From an uncultured bacterium (lineage in GTDB: Bacteria > Oederibacteriota > Muellerivitia > Muellerivitales > Muellerivitaceae), in NCBI GenBank assembly GCA_964392085.1, contig CAYMOV010000005.1, forward strand, positions 5,343 to 69,342: a stretch of 64,000 nucleotides of DNA. Reading direction: 5' to 3'. Shown here piece by piece: positions 9,013 to 17,834 of this stretch. The position numbers and the translations under genes were made by a program. The notes beneath the pieces were generated by a model, which worked only from the letters and a program-made list of their open reading frames with translations, ran no database searches and was not told the origin of the DNA. Position 1 is the first letter of the stretch, and each line of letters opens with the position of its first letter.

Positions 9013-10911
9013 ATGCGCGGTCATTCCGAGGGAGGGGACGACTTGCCCGGCGTAACCGAAGGCGAAGATGGGAACGGCGCCGACGGGGAATCCGCATTTG
9101 CCGGGGGCGCATTAGGCCTTCCGGTTAAAGCGGTCCTGCTTTGCCTCCTCTTTTTATGGCCCGCCCTCCCGGCCCGCGCGGTCCTGGTCGCCTCCCGGAA
9201 CCTCCGGGTCGGTTCCTTGACGTTCGAGGGGAACGAGGCCTTTTCCGACGGGACCCTCCGGAAGGTCTGCCTCACCCAACCTTCCGGGCTCTTCCACAAG
9301 ACGGAATACCTTCCCGACGTCCTGGAAAAGGACCTGGTCCGCCTGGCCGATTTTTACCACCGACGTGGATTCCTCCAGGCGGGCGTGGAGGACAAGGAGG
9401 TCACGGTCTCGAAGGACGGCCGGAAGGCCGACCTGACCGTCTGGGTCTATGAGGGGCCCGAAAGCCGGATCGGCGCCATCCGGTTCGAGGGCATCCACGC
9501 CTTCACGGCGAAGAAGATTTTGGGGTTGTCCGGGTTGAAAACCGGTGAACCATTGGACCGGGACCAGGTGGAATCGGCCATCCGGAACCTGTCCCAGGCC
9601 TACCTTAATGAAGGTTACCTGGAAGCCGTGATCCTCCCCGAGAACCGGTGGGAACCGCCGAAGACAGACCCGGTGCTGGTCTTCAAGATCTCCGAGGGTC
9701 CCCTCTGCCGCCTTTGGGGCATCACCCTGTCGGGTCTCACCCGGTCCCGGGACTGGGTCGTGCGGAGGGAATTCAGGATCCGACCGGGCGAAGCGCTCAA
9801 GTGGAACCAGGTGGAAAAAGCCCAACAACGGCTCTACCTCACCGGAATCTTCCAAACCGTCTACGCGCGGCCGGTCACCGCGCCTTCCCCCGCACCGGAG
9901 GGGTCCCGCGTCCTGGCGCTGGAGGTCCGGGAAAACAAGCCGAAGGAACTCGACCTCAGCACCGGCTGGAGCACCGAGGAGCACCTCCGGGGCAAGGCCA
10001 CCTTCTCGAACATCAACCTGTTCGGGCGCGCCCGCCAGTTCACCGTCACGGCCACGGCCAGCCGCCTGCTCCAAAGGCTCGACGGGACCTACACCGTCCC
10101 CTGGACCCTCGGGGTGCCCTGGTTCACCAGCCTGAACCTTTTCGGCGAGATCCAGAACCAGCCGGGCTATTCCCTCCGCACCGGGGGCGGCCTCTTCTCC
10201 TTCGGCCGCCACCTGTCCTCGATCTCCCAGGTCCAACTGACCTACCGGCACGAGAACGCCTTCCTTTCCTCGGTGGTGGTGGTGCCGGCGCCCGACATCT
10301 CCCTGAACTTCATCCGGTCCTTCGGCCTTTCCCTCTTATTGGACGAACGGGACAACTTCGTGAGCACCCAGCGCGGCCTTTACCTCAACGCCTCCGCCGA
10401 GATGTCCGGGTCGTTCCTCCATGGGTCGGACACCTTCTTCAAGGCCACGGGGGCCTTCAAGTGGTTCCATCCCGTCACCTCCTCCACGGTCATCGGCACC
10501 GCGGCCCAGGTCGGTTGGGTCGGGAACTACCGGAGCCTGAACCCGATCCCCTTGAGCGAGCTCTTCTACGCCGGCGGGTCCAACGCCCTTCGGGGGTTCC
10601 CCTACCAGGGCGCGGGCCCGCTGGACCCGCAGCGCGTCCCCCTCGGCGGCCAGTTCGAGCTGGTGTTGAACGCCGCGGAACTGCGCCAGAGGGTCTGGAA
10701 ATGGTTGGGGGTCGTGGGGTTCTTCGACGCGGGCAACATCTTCCCCAACCTCGACAAGATCCGTTGGGGGGACATCCGCACCACCGGGGGCTGGGGCCTC
10801 CGCCTCACGACCAAGTTGGGCGTGCTCCGGGCGGACCAAGGGTTCATCGTGAACCCGCGCCCGGGCGAAAAGCGGCAGGTGATCTATTTGAACGTGGGGC
10901 AGGCGTTTTGA
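9013..10911 (+). CDS. tamA: Omp85-family outer membrane protein (TamA/BamA-like: POTRA domains plus a bacterial surface antigen D15 barrel)
   Basis: It has a signal-like hydrophobic stretch KAVLLCLLFLWPALPARA, POTRA-like repeats, and a C-terminal beta-barrel ending YLNVGQAF. The start is ambiguous: an ATG at 8824 is coupled to the tamB stop, an ATG lies at 9013, and a TTG at 9043 is preceded by a GGGAGGGG RBS. Confidence 0.8.
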   Translation: MRGHSEGGDDLPGVTEGEDGNGADGESAFAGGALGLPVKAVLLCLLFLWPALPARAVLVASRNLRVGSLTFEGNEAFSDGTLRKVCLTQPSGLFHKTEYLPDVLEKDLVRLADFYHRRGFLQAGVEDKEVTVSKDGRKADLTVWVYEGPESRIGAIRFEGIHAFTAKKILGLSGLKTGEPLDRDQVESAIRNLSQAYLNEGYLEAVILPENRWEPPKTDPVLVFKISEGPLCRLWGITLSGLTRSRDWVVRREFRIRPGEALKWNQVEKAQQRLYLTGIFQTVYARPVTAPSPAPEGSRVLALEVRENKPKELDLSTGWSTEEHLRGKATFSNINLFGRARQFTVTATASRLLQRLDGTYTVPWTLGVPWFTSLNLFGEIQNQPGYSLRTGGGLFSFGRHLSSISQVQLTYRHENAFLSSVVVVPAPDISLNFIRSFGLSLLLDERDNFVSTQRGLYLNASAEMSGSFLHGSDTFFKATGAFKWFHPVTSSTVIGTAAQVGWVGNYRSLNPIPLSELFYAGGSNALRGFPYQGAGPLDPQRVPLGGQFELVLNAAELRQRVWKWLGVVGFFDAGNIFPNLDKIRWGDIRTTGGWGLRLTTKLGVLRADQGFIVNPRPGEKRQVIYLNVGQAF

Positions 10912-11104
10912 CGGCAGCTGTCAGCGGTCAGCTCTCGGCGGTTGGCATAAATGCAGAAAACGAACAGCACCGGCTGGCGGTCAACTCAAAGCCGGAATAC
11001 CCCCAAATACATTTGTTTCCGCCGTCATGAGGGTTTAGCCGACGGCCGACCACTGACAGCCGACCGCCGCTTGTCATAGAATCTTCCATTCCCCCGGAGG
11101 CCCC

Positions 11105-11584
11105 ATGGACGCCGAAGCCAAGAAACACCTTCTCCGCCAGATCCCCCACGCGGTGTACGTGATCACCTGCCAGGCCCATGGCCAAACGGTCGCCTCCACG
11201 GTCACTTGGGCGACCCAGGCCTCCTTTGAGCCGCCCTTGGTGGCGATCTGCCTGAAGCGCGATTCCGCCACCTACCATGCCGTCCAGGCCGCCCAGTGCT
11301 TCGTCCTCAACTTTTTGGGGGAGGGCCAGAAGGACCTGGCGCAGAAGTTCTTCAAGCACGTGGAACCTGAGGGATTCACCCTGGCCGGGGTGCCCTTCCA
11401 GCCGAGCCCCACCTTCCGGTTCCCCGTCTTCCCCGACATGGCGGGCCACCTGGAGTGCCGGGTCCTGTCGGCGGTGGAGAAGGGCGACCATGGCGTGGTG
11501 GTGGCCGAATGTCTGGAGGCCGCGAAAGGCGAAGGTAAGGGGATCCTTCTGCTTTCGACCACCGGCTGGAACTACGGGGGATAA
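11105..11584 (+). CDS. flavin reductase-like FMN-binding split-barrel protein
   Basis: 159 aa. It has the HAVYVITC...VASTVTWATQAS...AICL pattern of the flavin reductase domain. Confidence 0.75.
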   Translation: MDAEAKKHLLRQIPHAVYVITCQAHGQTVASTVTWATQASFEPPLVAICLKRDSATYHAVQAAQCFVLNFLGEGQKDLAQKFFKHVEPEGFTLAGVPFQPSPTFRFPVFPDMAGHLECRVLSAVEKGDHGVVVAECLEAAKGEGKGILLLSTTGWNYGG

Positions 11585-11596
11585 AGACGACCCCTA

Positions 11597-11640
11597 AAAC
11601 GCAAAAGGCCCCCGGGGTTCCCCAGGGGCCTTTTGCGTTT
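11597..11640. terminator. bidirectional Rho-independent terminator
   Basis: aaacgcaaaaggcccccgggg-ttcc-ccaggggccttttgcgttt: a perfect GC stem flanked by an A-run and a T-run. Confidence 0.7.
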
Positions 11641-11656
11641 AGGATCCAAACGACGG

Positions 11657-11743
11657 TTATTTCTTGTCGATTTGTCCTTCAGCGTCGGAGGCGATTTCGT
11701 CGGCAATGGACCGGAGGATTTCGCGGAGTTGGTCGTCGAGCAT
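11657..11743 (-). CDS. small acidic protein (28 aa) MLDDQLREILRSIADEIASDAEGQIDKK
   Basis: The ATG is preceded by GGAGGACACC (a perfect SD at 7 nt spacing). The ORF ends TAA immediately upstream of the 11597-11640 terminator. It is below the ORF-track length cutoff. Confidence 0.35.
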   Translation of the reverse strand: MLDDQLREILRSIADEIASDAEGQIDKK

Positions 11744-11965
11744 GGTGTCCTCCCCAACTTGGACTAAAACCGGATTGAGGTGTTGCCTCGGGGCACATAG
11801 AGGCAGAGCCCCTACGAGAGTGCGCATCAGAGATCCGCGCTACAACTTTTAGACCACCCTCAAGGGTTTTATTCCCTGAATCCAGTCGGAATTATTCGGA
11901 ACCTCGGGGACGTCAAAGCGCTTCCCGGCGGGACACCGGAATGGGAGGGAATATGGGCCGGGAGA

Positions 11966-12346
11966 TCAGACGGAGAACTTCATCCGGATCAGGAGGATGA
12001 TCGAGGCCACCGCCAGGAACAGCAGGAGCATCAAGGCGATGGCTTTCAGGCTCTCAATGACGGTCTTGGTGACTTCCAAGATCCACTCGTCCCGGGACAT
12101 GTCGTCCGACCGGTCCTTCTTGGTCCTGGCGAAGCGGGTGAACCGCTCCAACTCGTCCACCAGCACGCCCCTCGACAGCCCCATGACATAGACCGAGAGG
12201 TAGATCAGGGTTTTCCAGGCGTTCCAGAAATCGAGGGTGAGGGCCTTGATCGCCAGGTCCTCGAAGGGGCCCCTGAAGACGGCCAGGGTCAGGAAGCAAA
12301 CCAGAAGCGAGACCAATATCTTGGCGAGCAGGAGGCTTTGGACCAT
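11966..12346 (-). CDS. hypothetical small membrane protein (2-3 TM helices)
   Basis: Hydrophobic segments LLLAKILVSLLVCFLTLAV and IALMLLLFLAVASIILLI. The second ATG (12346) has an AAGGAAA RBS. The overlapping ORF 12054..12377 is in another frame and not protein-like. Confidence 0.5.
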   Translation of the reverse strand: MVQSLLLAKILVSLLVCFLTLAVFRGPFEDLAIKALTLDFWNAWKTLIYLSVYVMGLSRGVLVDELERFTRFARTKKDRSDDMSRDEWILEVTKTVIESLKAIALMLLLFLAVASIILLIRMKFSV

Positions 12347-12461
12347 GGTGGCGTTTCCTTTCATACCGACGGCCCATTATCAGCGGATTTACCTGAATTG
12401 AACATGTCCGAAATCAATCGGATCCTCCCACACCCGTCTAGTGGCTGTGGAAATGGCGCCC

Positions 12462-12989
12462 TCAACCCAGCGTGAATCCGCAGCGGCGACATGGGTCCAT
12501 CTCAGGGTTCCAGGCGTAGGATTTGCCGGGCACCTTCACCGCCAGGAGTGGCTCCAGGGCCTTCCGAAATTCACCCCGGTGGGCCTCATCGTTGGGGGCC
12601 GCTAAACGGTCATTCAGGAAAATCTCAAAATGCCCCAAGTCGAACTGGAGTTTCCCCGCGGTGGCCTTCTCCAACAGGGCGGCGGCCTGTTGGGCCGTCC
12701 CGAAGGCGAACTCGAGGGCCGCTGCGGCATCGGGTTGTGGGGGCCTCTTGAGGGTCACCAGCAGTCCCCGTCGGCCGCCCTCCTCATCCAGGCTCACGTT
12801 GGCCTCATGGGCGATCAAGAGGATCCCGGGGCCCTGGTGCATATGGGTGTATTCGGCCACGTCGATCAACAGGAGGCCCGGCAGGAGTTGGTCCTGGATG
12901 ATCTTATGGAAATGGGGGATCAGGTCCCGAAGGGGCAGGGCCTGTCCCTTCGAGGCCAGGATCTTCACGCCGAGCTTGGTCAAATCCAT
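12462..12989 (-). CDS. hypothetical protein directly downstream of the sulfite reductase (possibly DUF934-like)
   Basis: 175 aa, non-repetitive, and well placed after the sir terminator. There is a weak pattern resemblance (LLPGLLLIDVAEYT...GILLIA) to the DUF934 proteins that commonly follow sulfite reductase genes. This is unverified. Confidence 0.45.
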   Translation of the reverse strand: MDLTKLGVKILASKGQALPLRDLIPHFHKIIQDQLLPGLLLIDVAEYTHMHQGPGILLIAHEANVSLDEEGGRRGLLVTLKRPPQPDAAAALEFAFGTAQQAAALLEKATAGKLQFDLGHFEIFLNDRLAAPNDEAHRGEFRKALEPLLAVKVPGKSYAWNPEMDPCRRCGFTLG

Positions 12990-13003
12990 TTAAGTCCCCT
13001 TCA

Positions 13004-13050
13004 AAAGCAGTTTTGAGTTTTAAATTTTAAGTCGGCTTAAAACTCAAAAT
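13004..13050 (-). terminator. AT-rich Rho-independent terminator of the sulfite reductase gene
   Basis: A perfect 13-bp inverted repeat ttttgagttttaa / ttaaaactcaaaa with a 14-nt loop. On the minus strand it is followed by cTGCTTTTg. The 80-bp spacer is strongly AT-rich relative to the genome. Confidence 0.55.
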
Positions 13051-13070
13051 TTAAAATCGAGAACTTCAGT

Positions 13071-15290
13071 TCAGGCGTTGAGGAACGTCTGGACCGCCTC
13101 GAGGAACAGCTGGGCTTCCTGCACCCGCCTCCCCGCCTCATCGCGGTCGGGGTTTTCCAGCTTCTGTTCGTGGTGCCTGAAGAAGTGGCCCGCGAACTGG
13201 GCGCTGGTGGCGTGCTTGGCGAAGTCCCCCGTCTCATGGAAGAGCGCGCGGAACTTCGAAACGGTCTCGTCGGCTCCGCCCACGTATTCCCGCAGGCGGC
13301 TCCTCACGCAGGCCTCCGCGGAGTGGATCATGGCCTGGTAGGCCAAACCGACGGCCCCCTTCTGGTTGCCCCCGTCGAGGGCCACCTGGGCCTCGAAGAT
13401 CTCGCTCTCGGCGGCGGTCACCGAGAACTCGGAGGGGGTCACCACTTCCCCGGCGCATTCCCCCTTGCCGATGTCACCGATGGTGAACTCCCGGGGATCT
13501 CCCCAGTCCTGGTAAAGGTCCGGCTCAACGTCGTGACTGGGCACCACCGCCAGGTCTTGGAGGCGGTTTTTGGTCTCCACCTTCCCCACCCGCTTCACGA
13601 ACCCGCCGAAGGACTCGCCGTCTTGGCGGTCCGAGGTGAACCACCCAAGGAGGCGGTCCACCACCTGGGGAATCCGCTTGGAGGGCACCGCGATCACGGC
13701 CTGGCCGTAGGCCCCCCCGTTGTTCTCCCATTGGCCCCCCAACACCACCTGGAAATGCGGCACCGCGTAACCGCCGGCTTTGCGGGACACCCCGAAGAAG
13801 CCCAAGTCCGAGAGGGGATGCTGGCCGCAGGAGTTGGGGCAACCCGACACCTTGATCTTCAGGTTCCGGACCTCGGGAGGCAGGGTTTGGAGCTTCGCGT
13901 CCATCTGTTCCGAGAGTCGGCGCCCCAGGCCCCGGGAGGCGGCGATTCCCAACTTGCAGGTGTCCGTCCCGGGGCAGGAGGTGATGTCCGAGATCGTCCC
14001 GGCGTTGGGGGCCGCCAGGCCGACGGCCCTCAAATCGGAGTAGAGGGCCGGCAGGTCCGACTGGGCGATCCAACGGAACAGCAGGTTCTGCTCGACGGTG
14101 GTGCGCACCGTGTCTTTCGTGTACTTGCGGGTCATTTCGGCCAACGCGCGGAGTTGGGAGCTGGTCAGGTCCCCCAGGGGCACCTGGACCGCCACCGTGG
14201 AATATCCGGCCTGGGCCTGGCCCCTTACGTTCTGGCGGGCGAAATCGAGGAAACCCTCCGGCAGCGAGGGGGGCAGGGTTCCGGAAACCCGGAGGGGGGA
14301 TTCCTTCTTATTCAATTGGGCGGCCGGCAGGCCCACCCACCGGGGGTCCGCCGGGAGGGTTTTCCGCTCCTCCAGGACCAGGCGGCGGAACTCGTCGATG
14401 CCCAGCTTGGCCACGAGGAACTTGATGCGGGCCGCGCCCCGGTTCTTCTTCTCGCCCAACCGGCCGAAGACCCGGGCCACAGCCTGTGTCAAGGGGAGGA
14501 TCTCGTCCGGGTCCACGAATTCCAGGAGTTTTTTAGCTTGGTAGGGCACGGGGCCGAGCCCGCCGCCCACGTAGGCGTCGAAGCCTCGTTTCCCGTCCCG
14601 GACCTTCGCGATGAAGCCCATGTCGTGCATCATCACGAGGCCGCAACCCTCGTTCTCGCAGCCCGAGAAGGCCACCTTGAACTTGCGGCCGAAATCCTGT
14701 GCGTCAGGGTGCCCGAGGAGGAAACGGAAGATGGCCTCGGCGTAGGGGGTCACATCGAAGGTCTCGCCGGCGCAGACGCCCGCCAGGGGGCAGGCCGTCA
14801 CGTTGCGAACCGAGTTGCCGCAGGCCTCCCGACTGGTGATGCCGCAAGCCGCCAAACGGCGCATCAGGTCGGGCGTGTCCTCGATATGGACGAAATGGAG
14901 CTGGAAGTCCTGGCGGGTGGTGATGTGGGCGACGCCGTCGGAATATTCCTCAGCGAGGTCGGCCATGGTCTCCAATTGCCCGGCGTTGGTGCCGCCCCAA
15001 GGGAGCTTGATGCGGATCATGCCGGGGGCGTGCCAATGGGTATCAGGGCCCTTCCAGGTGGAGGCGTCGGGATAGGCCAGTTGGCGGACCTGTTTCCCGT
15101 CGTTCCGGCGGCCGTTGTCGTACCGCTGGCCGTAGGCGCCCCGGCGAAGCCGCGTCTCGGCGAACACCCGGGGCTCGATCTTCCCCTGCTTATTCAGCTC
15201 GATCTGGGCCTCAAACCCGTCGATCTCCTGGGCCCAGTCCGGGGGCATCCGGCCTTCGAGTTTGGCTTTCCAGGTCTTCAGGTTCGGCAT
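13071..15290 (-). CDS. sir: nitrite/sulfite reductase hemoprotein (ferredoxin-dependent assimilatory sulfite reductase-like) with an extra ~130-aa C-terminal helical extension
   Basis: 739 aa with two NiR/SiR ferredoxin-like half-domain repeats. The siroheme/4Fe-4S Cys cluster is present: TSCPGTDTCKLG plus SGCPNSCGQH. A GAGGGA RBS precedes the ATG. Confidence 0.9.
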   Translation of the reverse strand: MPNLKTWKAKLEGRMPPDWAQEIDGFEAQIELNKQGKIEPRVFAETRLRRGAYGQRYDNGRRNDGKQVRQLAYPDASTWKGPDTHWHAPGMIRIKLPWGGTNAGQLETMADLAEEYSDGVAHITTRQDFQLHFVHIEDTPDLMRRLAACGITSREACGNSVRNVTACPLAGVCAGETFDVTPYAEAIFRFLLGHPDAQDFGRKFKVAFSGCENEGCGLVMMHDMGFIAKVRDGKRGFDAYVGGGLGPVPYQAKKLLEFVDPDEILPLTQAVARVFGRLGEKKNRGAARIKFLVAKLGIDEFRRLVLEERKTLPADPRWVGLPAAQLNKKESPLRVSGTLPPSLPEGFLDFARQNVRGQAQAGYSTVAVQVPLGDLTSSQLRALAEMTRKYTKDTVRTTVEQNLLFRWIAQSDLPALYSDLRAVGLAAPNAGTISDITSCPGTDTCKLGIAASRGLGRRLSEQMDAKLQTLPPEVRNLKIKVSGCPNSCGQHPLSDLGFFGVSRKAGGYAVPHFQVVLGGQWENNGGAYGQAVIAVPSKRIPQVVDRLLGWFTSDRQDGESFGGFVKRVGKVETKNRLQDLAVVPSHDVEPDLYQDWGDPREFTIGDIGKGECAGEVVTPSEFSVTAAESEIFEAQVALDGGNQKGAVGLAYQAMIHSAEACVRSRLREYVGGADETVSKFRALFHETGDFAKHATSAQFAGHFFRHHEQKLENPDRDEAGRRVQEAQLFLEAVQTFLNA

Positions 15291-15378
15291 GTATCCCTCG
15301 GGTCGATTGAAAAGATTGGGATGGCTAAACTAACCAATCGAGGGGGAAAAATCAACGGGAGGCCATTTCCGGGTGGGA

Positions 15379-17721
15379 TCAGGACCCCTCGATCACTAAC
15401 ACGCCCCGGGTGAGTTTCTCCGGGCCCTTGCGTACCACGTAATAGTGGATTCCCGGGGCCGCAGGTTTCCCTCCGGGGGATCGACCGTTCCAACGGACCC
15501 ATCCCCCGATTTCCATTTGGGTAAATACGGATTCGCCCGAAACCGTGTAAACGTCCAGTTCGGATCCCGGGGGCATGCACCATGCCTTCAGGGTCCCCCC
15601 AACCGCTTGGGAGGGGTTGTAGGGGTTGGGCCACACGTGAAGCGGTTGGACCGGGGTTGGGCTGGGGGGGATGGGGGTCACCGACCAGGTGGCCGTCGGG
15701 GTGTCCGTCCAGGTCATAGTCCAAGTGGCGGTGGGGGAATCGGTCGGGGTGTCCGAGGGTGAAGGGGTCGGGGTGAGGGTAGGGAAATCATCCACGACGA
15801 TGACCCCAGTTGGAGTGACGGTCCAGGTCGAGGTGAGGAGGGAGGTAAGAGTCGGGGTGAAGGTGGCCGTGGGGGTCGGGCTGGAGGTGGGCGTGGCGGC
15901 ACAGGAACGGACCACGAGGTTATCGAACCGGATCCGATTGATCCCTTGGATGAAATCGGCGTGAAATCCTACGCCCCCGGCCGGAAGGCTCATGTCGGTG
16001 AAATCGAAAAGGAGTGTCTCCCCCGAGCCAAAGTCCACGAAAGTCTGTTGCCGGGAACCCGACACCACCGTCCGGAAGTGGACCCAAGTCCCGGGGGGAT
16101 AAGCGGGGGTGGCCAATCCCGAACCGAAACCGACCCCATCCAGGTATCGGTACCCCTGGGTATCGGAAAACAACACCGCTTGCCAATGGGGGACCAGGTT
16201 CTCCGGGTTGGTGTTCATCAACACGCTGTAATAGTCCGCCACCGTCGGCGAGGTAATCGTCGCGCGGAAGGCCGAGCCGAAATCCCCATAGCCGTTATCC
16301 AGGTCCATCTCAGCGTCGAAATCGATGGTGTAATCCCGGCGGGACCAGCCCAGGAGCGAGTCCCCGGTGGGGGGCGACGTCACCTGTACAACGGGCCGTT
16401 GGTTGACCCCCAAGGGGGCGGACGCTGGGGCGCTGTTCCGGATGACCTGGGCGTTATCCGCGGCCGCGGGGCTTCCGATCGGGACGCCCGTTGCGGCGCC
16501 AAGGTAAGTCACGTTGGGATCGGAATAATAGGGGATATAGGATCCCGGCATGTAGGACATCAATGAAATGAACAACCCCGCCCCGGTGTTGATCTTGTAG
16601 CCGTAGTTATATCCGGACCCCGTGGGGATCCCCGCCGTCCCCCGGTCGTGGTTACAACCGTAGTTGTGGCCCAGTTCATGAGGGAACGCCACATCGGCCC
16701 AGGACGACAACACCACGGTCTGGTCACCCGGCATGTAGCCCACCCCCGCGATGGAGTTGTCGGACCGCCCCAGGAAAAGGCTCGCGTATTGCGCGCCATA
16801 GGTCGCCATCAGGCCGAACACCTCGTCCACATAGCCGTCGCCGTTGGCGGCGAATCGCCCAGGTCCAGGGGCAGGTTGCCCGAATCCGAATAGGGTGTTT
16901 CGGCGCAATAGACCAACCGGTCCTCGAGCCCGACCTGGCTGTTGTGCAGGGCCAAGTTCAGGACTCCCATGGCCAGGTCGATGACGGTCAGGATCCCCGG
17001 GGTCCCACCGGCGTAGGTCCTCGCGGTGGGGGTGTAGAGGATCAGGACTTGGTTGACCTTCAGGTTCTCGGCGTCCGGGCACATGCCGGAGGTGTCCTGT
17101 GGGACGACAGGCGGAAACCCCTCGGGGTTGTCGTAGGCCTCGGGCACGGCGGGCTCCCCCGGCCCCTCCGTTCCGCACTTGAACCGCGCGGACGGATCCT
17201 GGAGGAAGATCCGATGGACGCCTTCCCCCACATACCGGATTTGGAATCGTCCTCTCGTCGGATCAAAGACCGTGGCCGCGATCACCGGCCCCCGGGCGGC
17301 CAGGACCCACCAACCCCCATCCACCCCGTCGAGGGTTCCCGTCCAGACCACGCCTCCCCCGAGGGTCGGCCGCCGAAGGTCGCAGACCGCCCGGTAATCG
17401 GCTCCGACCAGGAGGTTCAGGGCCAGGGGCGGGGCTTCCCGAACGGGGACCAGGCCCGCCAGTTGACCGAGGAATTCGGGGGACACCCGCACGTACCGGG
17501 ATTGGAGGGCGGGGAGGTCAAGGGGCGGGACCTGGGCGGGTGGATCCACCGTGGGGAAAGCGGACGAAGGTGAGGGAGGCAAGGCGCCGGCAAAAAATGG
17601 TTCGCGCCCCGGGGGGGACAAGGGCCCACCCCAGGATCCCAACCACCGCAAACCATACCCGTCGTTTCGGTTCCATAGGTCCACTACACCATCCTACAGA
17701 ATAGGCATTCGGGGCATACAC
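15379..17721 (-). pseudogene. secreted metzincin (reprolysin/M12B-like) zinc metalloprotease with PT-rich linker and C-terminal sorting domain, split over three reading frames
   Basis: Frame C (17518..17721) encodes a plausible signal peptide, MEPKRRVWFAVVGILGWALVPPGA. Frame A (16809..17684) encodes the prodomain and the start of the catalytic domain, VLILYTPTARTYAGG...VYCAETPYSDSGN. Frame B (15379..~16860) continues ANGDGYVDEVFGLMATYGAQ...AFPHELGHNYGCNHD (HExxHxxGxxH), then SLMSY, a PT-rich linker, and VWPNPYNP...LVIEGS. The frame switches fall at a GGGG/CCCC run near 16850-16871 and a C4G7 run near 17600-17620. Confidence 0.6.
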
Positions 17722-17776
17722 TTGACCCCATCATACCCCGCGCCCCCCCATTCCGCCCCGTATGTAATGCATATTA

Positions 17777-17814
17777 AAAAAAAGGCCCGGCGCCCCCAAG
17801 GGGACGCCGGACCT
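17777..17814 (-). terminator. Rho-independent terminator of the 17835..19160 gene
   Basis: On the minus strand: ggtccggcgtcccc-ttg-ggggcgccgggcc followed by T8. Confidence 0.65.
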
Positions 17815-17834
17815 GGATTCAACCAACCGGGAAA

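Noticed and set aside
10905-11075. Apparent long imperfect dyad around gacggcagctgtcagcggtcagc / gctgacagccgaccgccg
   Set aside because: The shared pieces (ctgtcag, ggcggtyggc) are in inconsistent order, so it is not a clean inverted repeat. It could be chance in GC-rich DNA.
13170-15413. 747-aa plus-strand ORF
   Set aside because: It is antisense to the sulfite reductase gene and is a typical high-GC shadow ORF.
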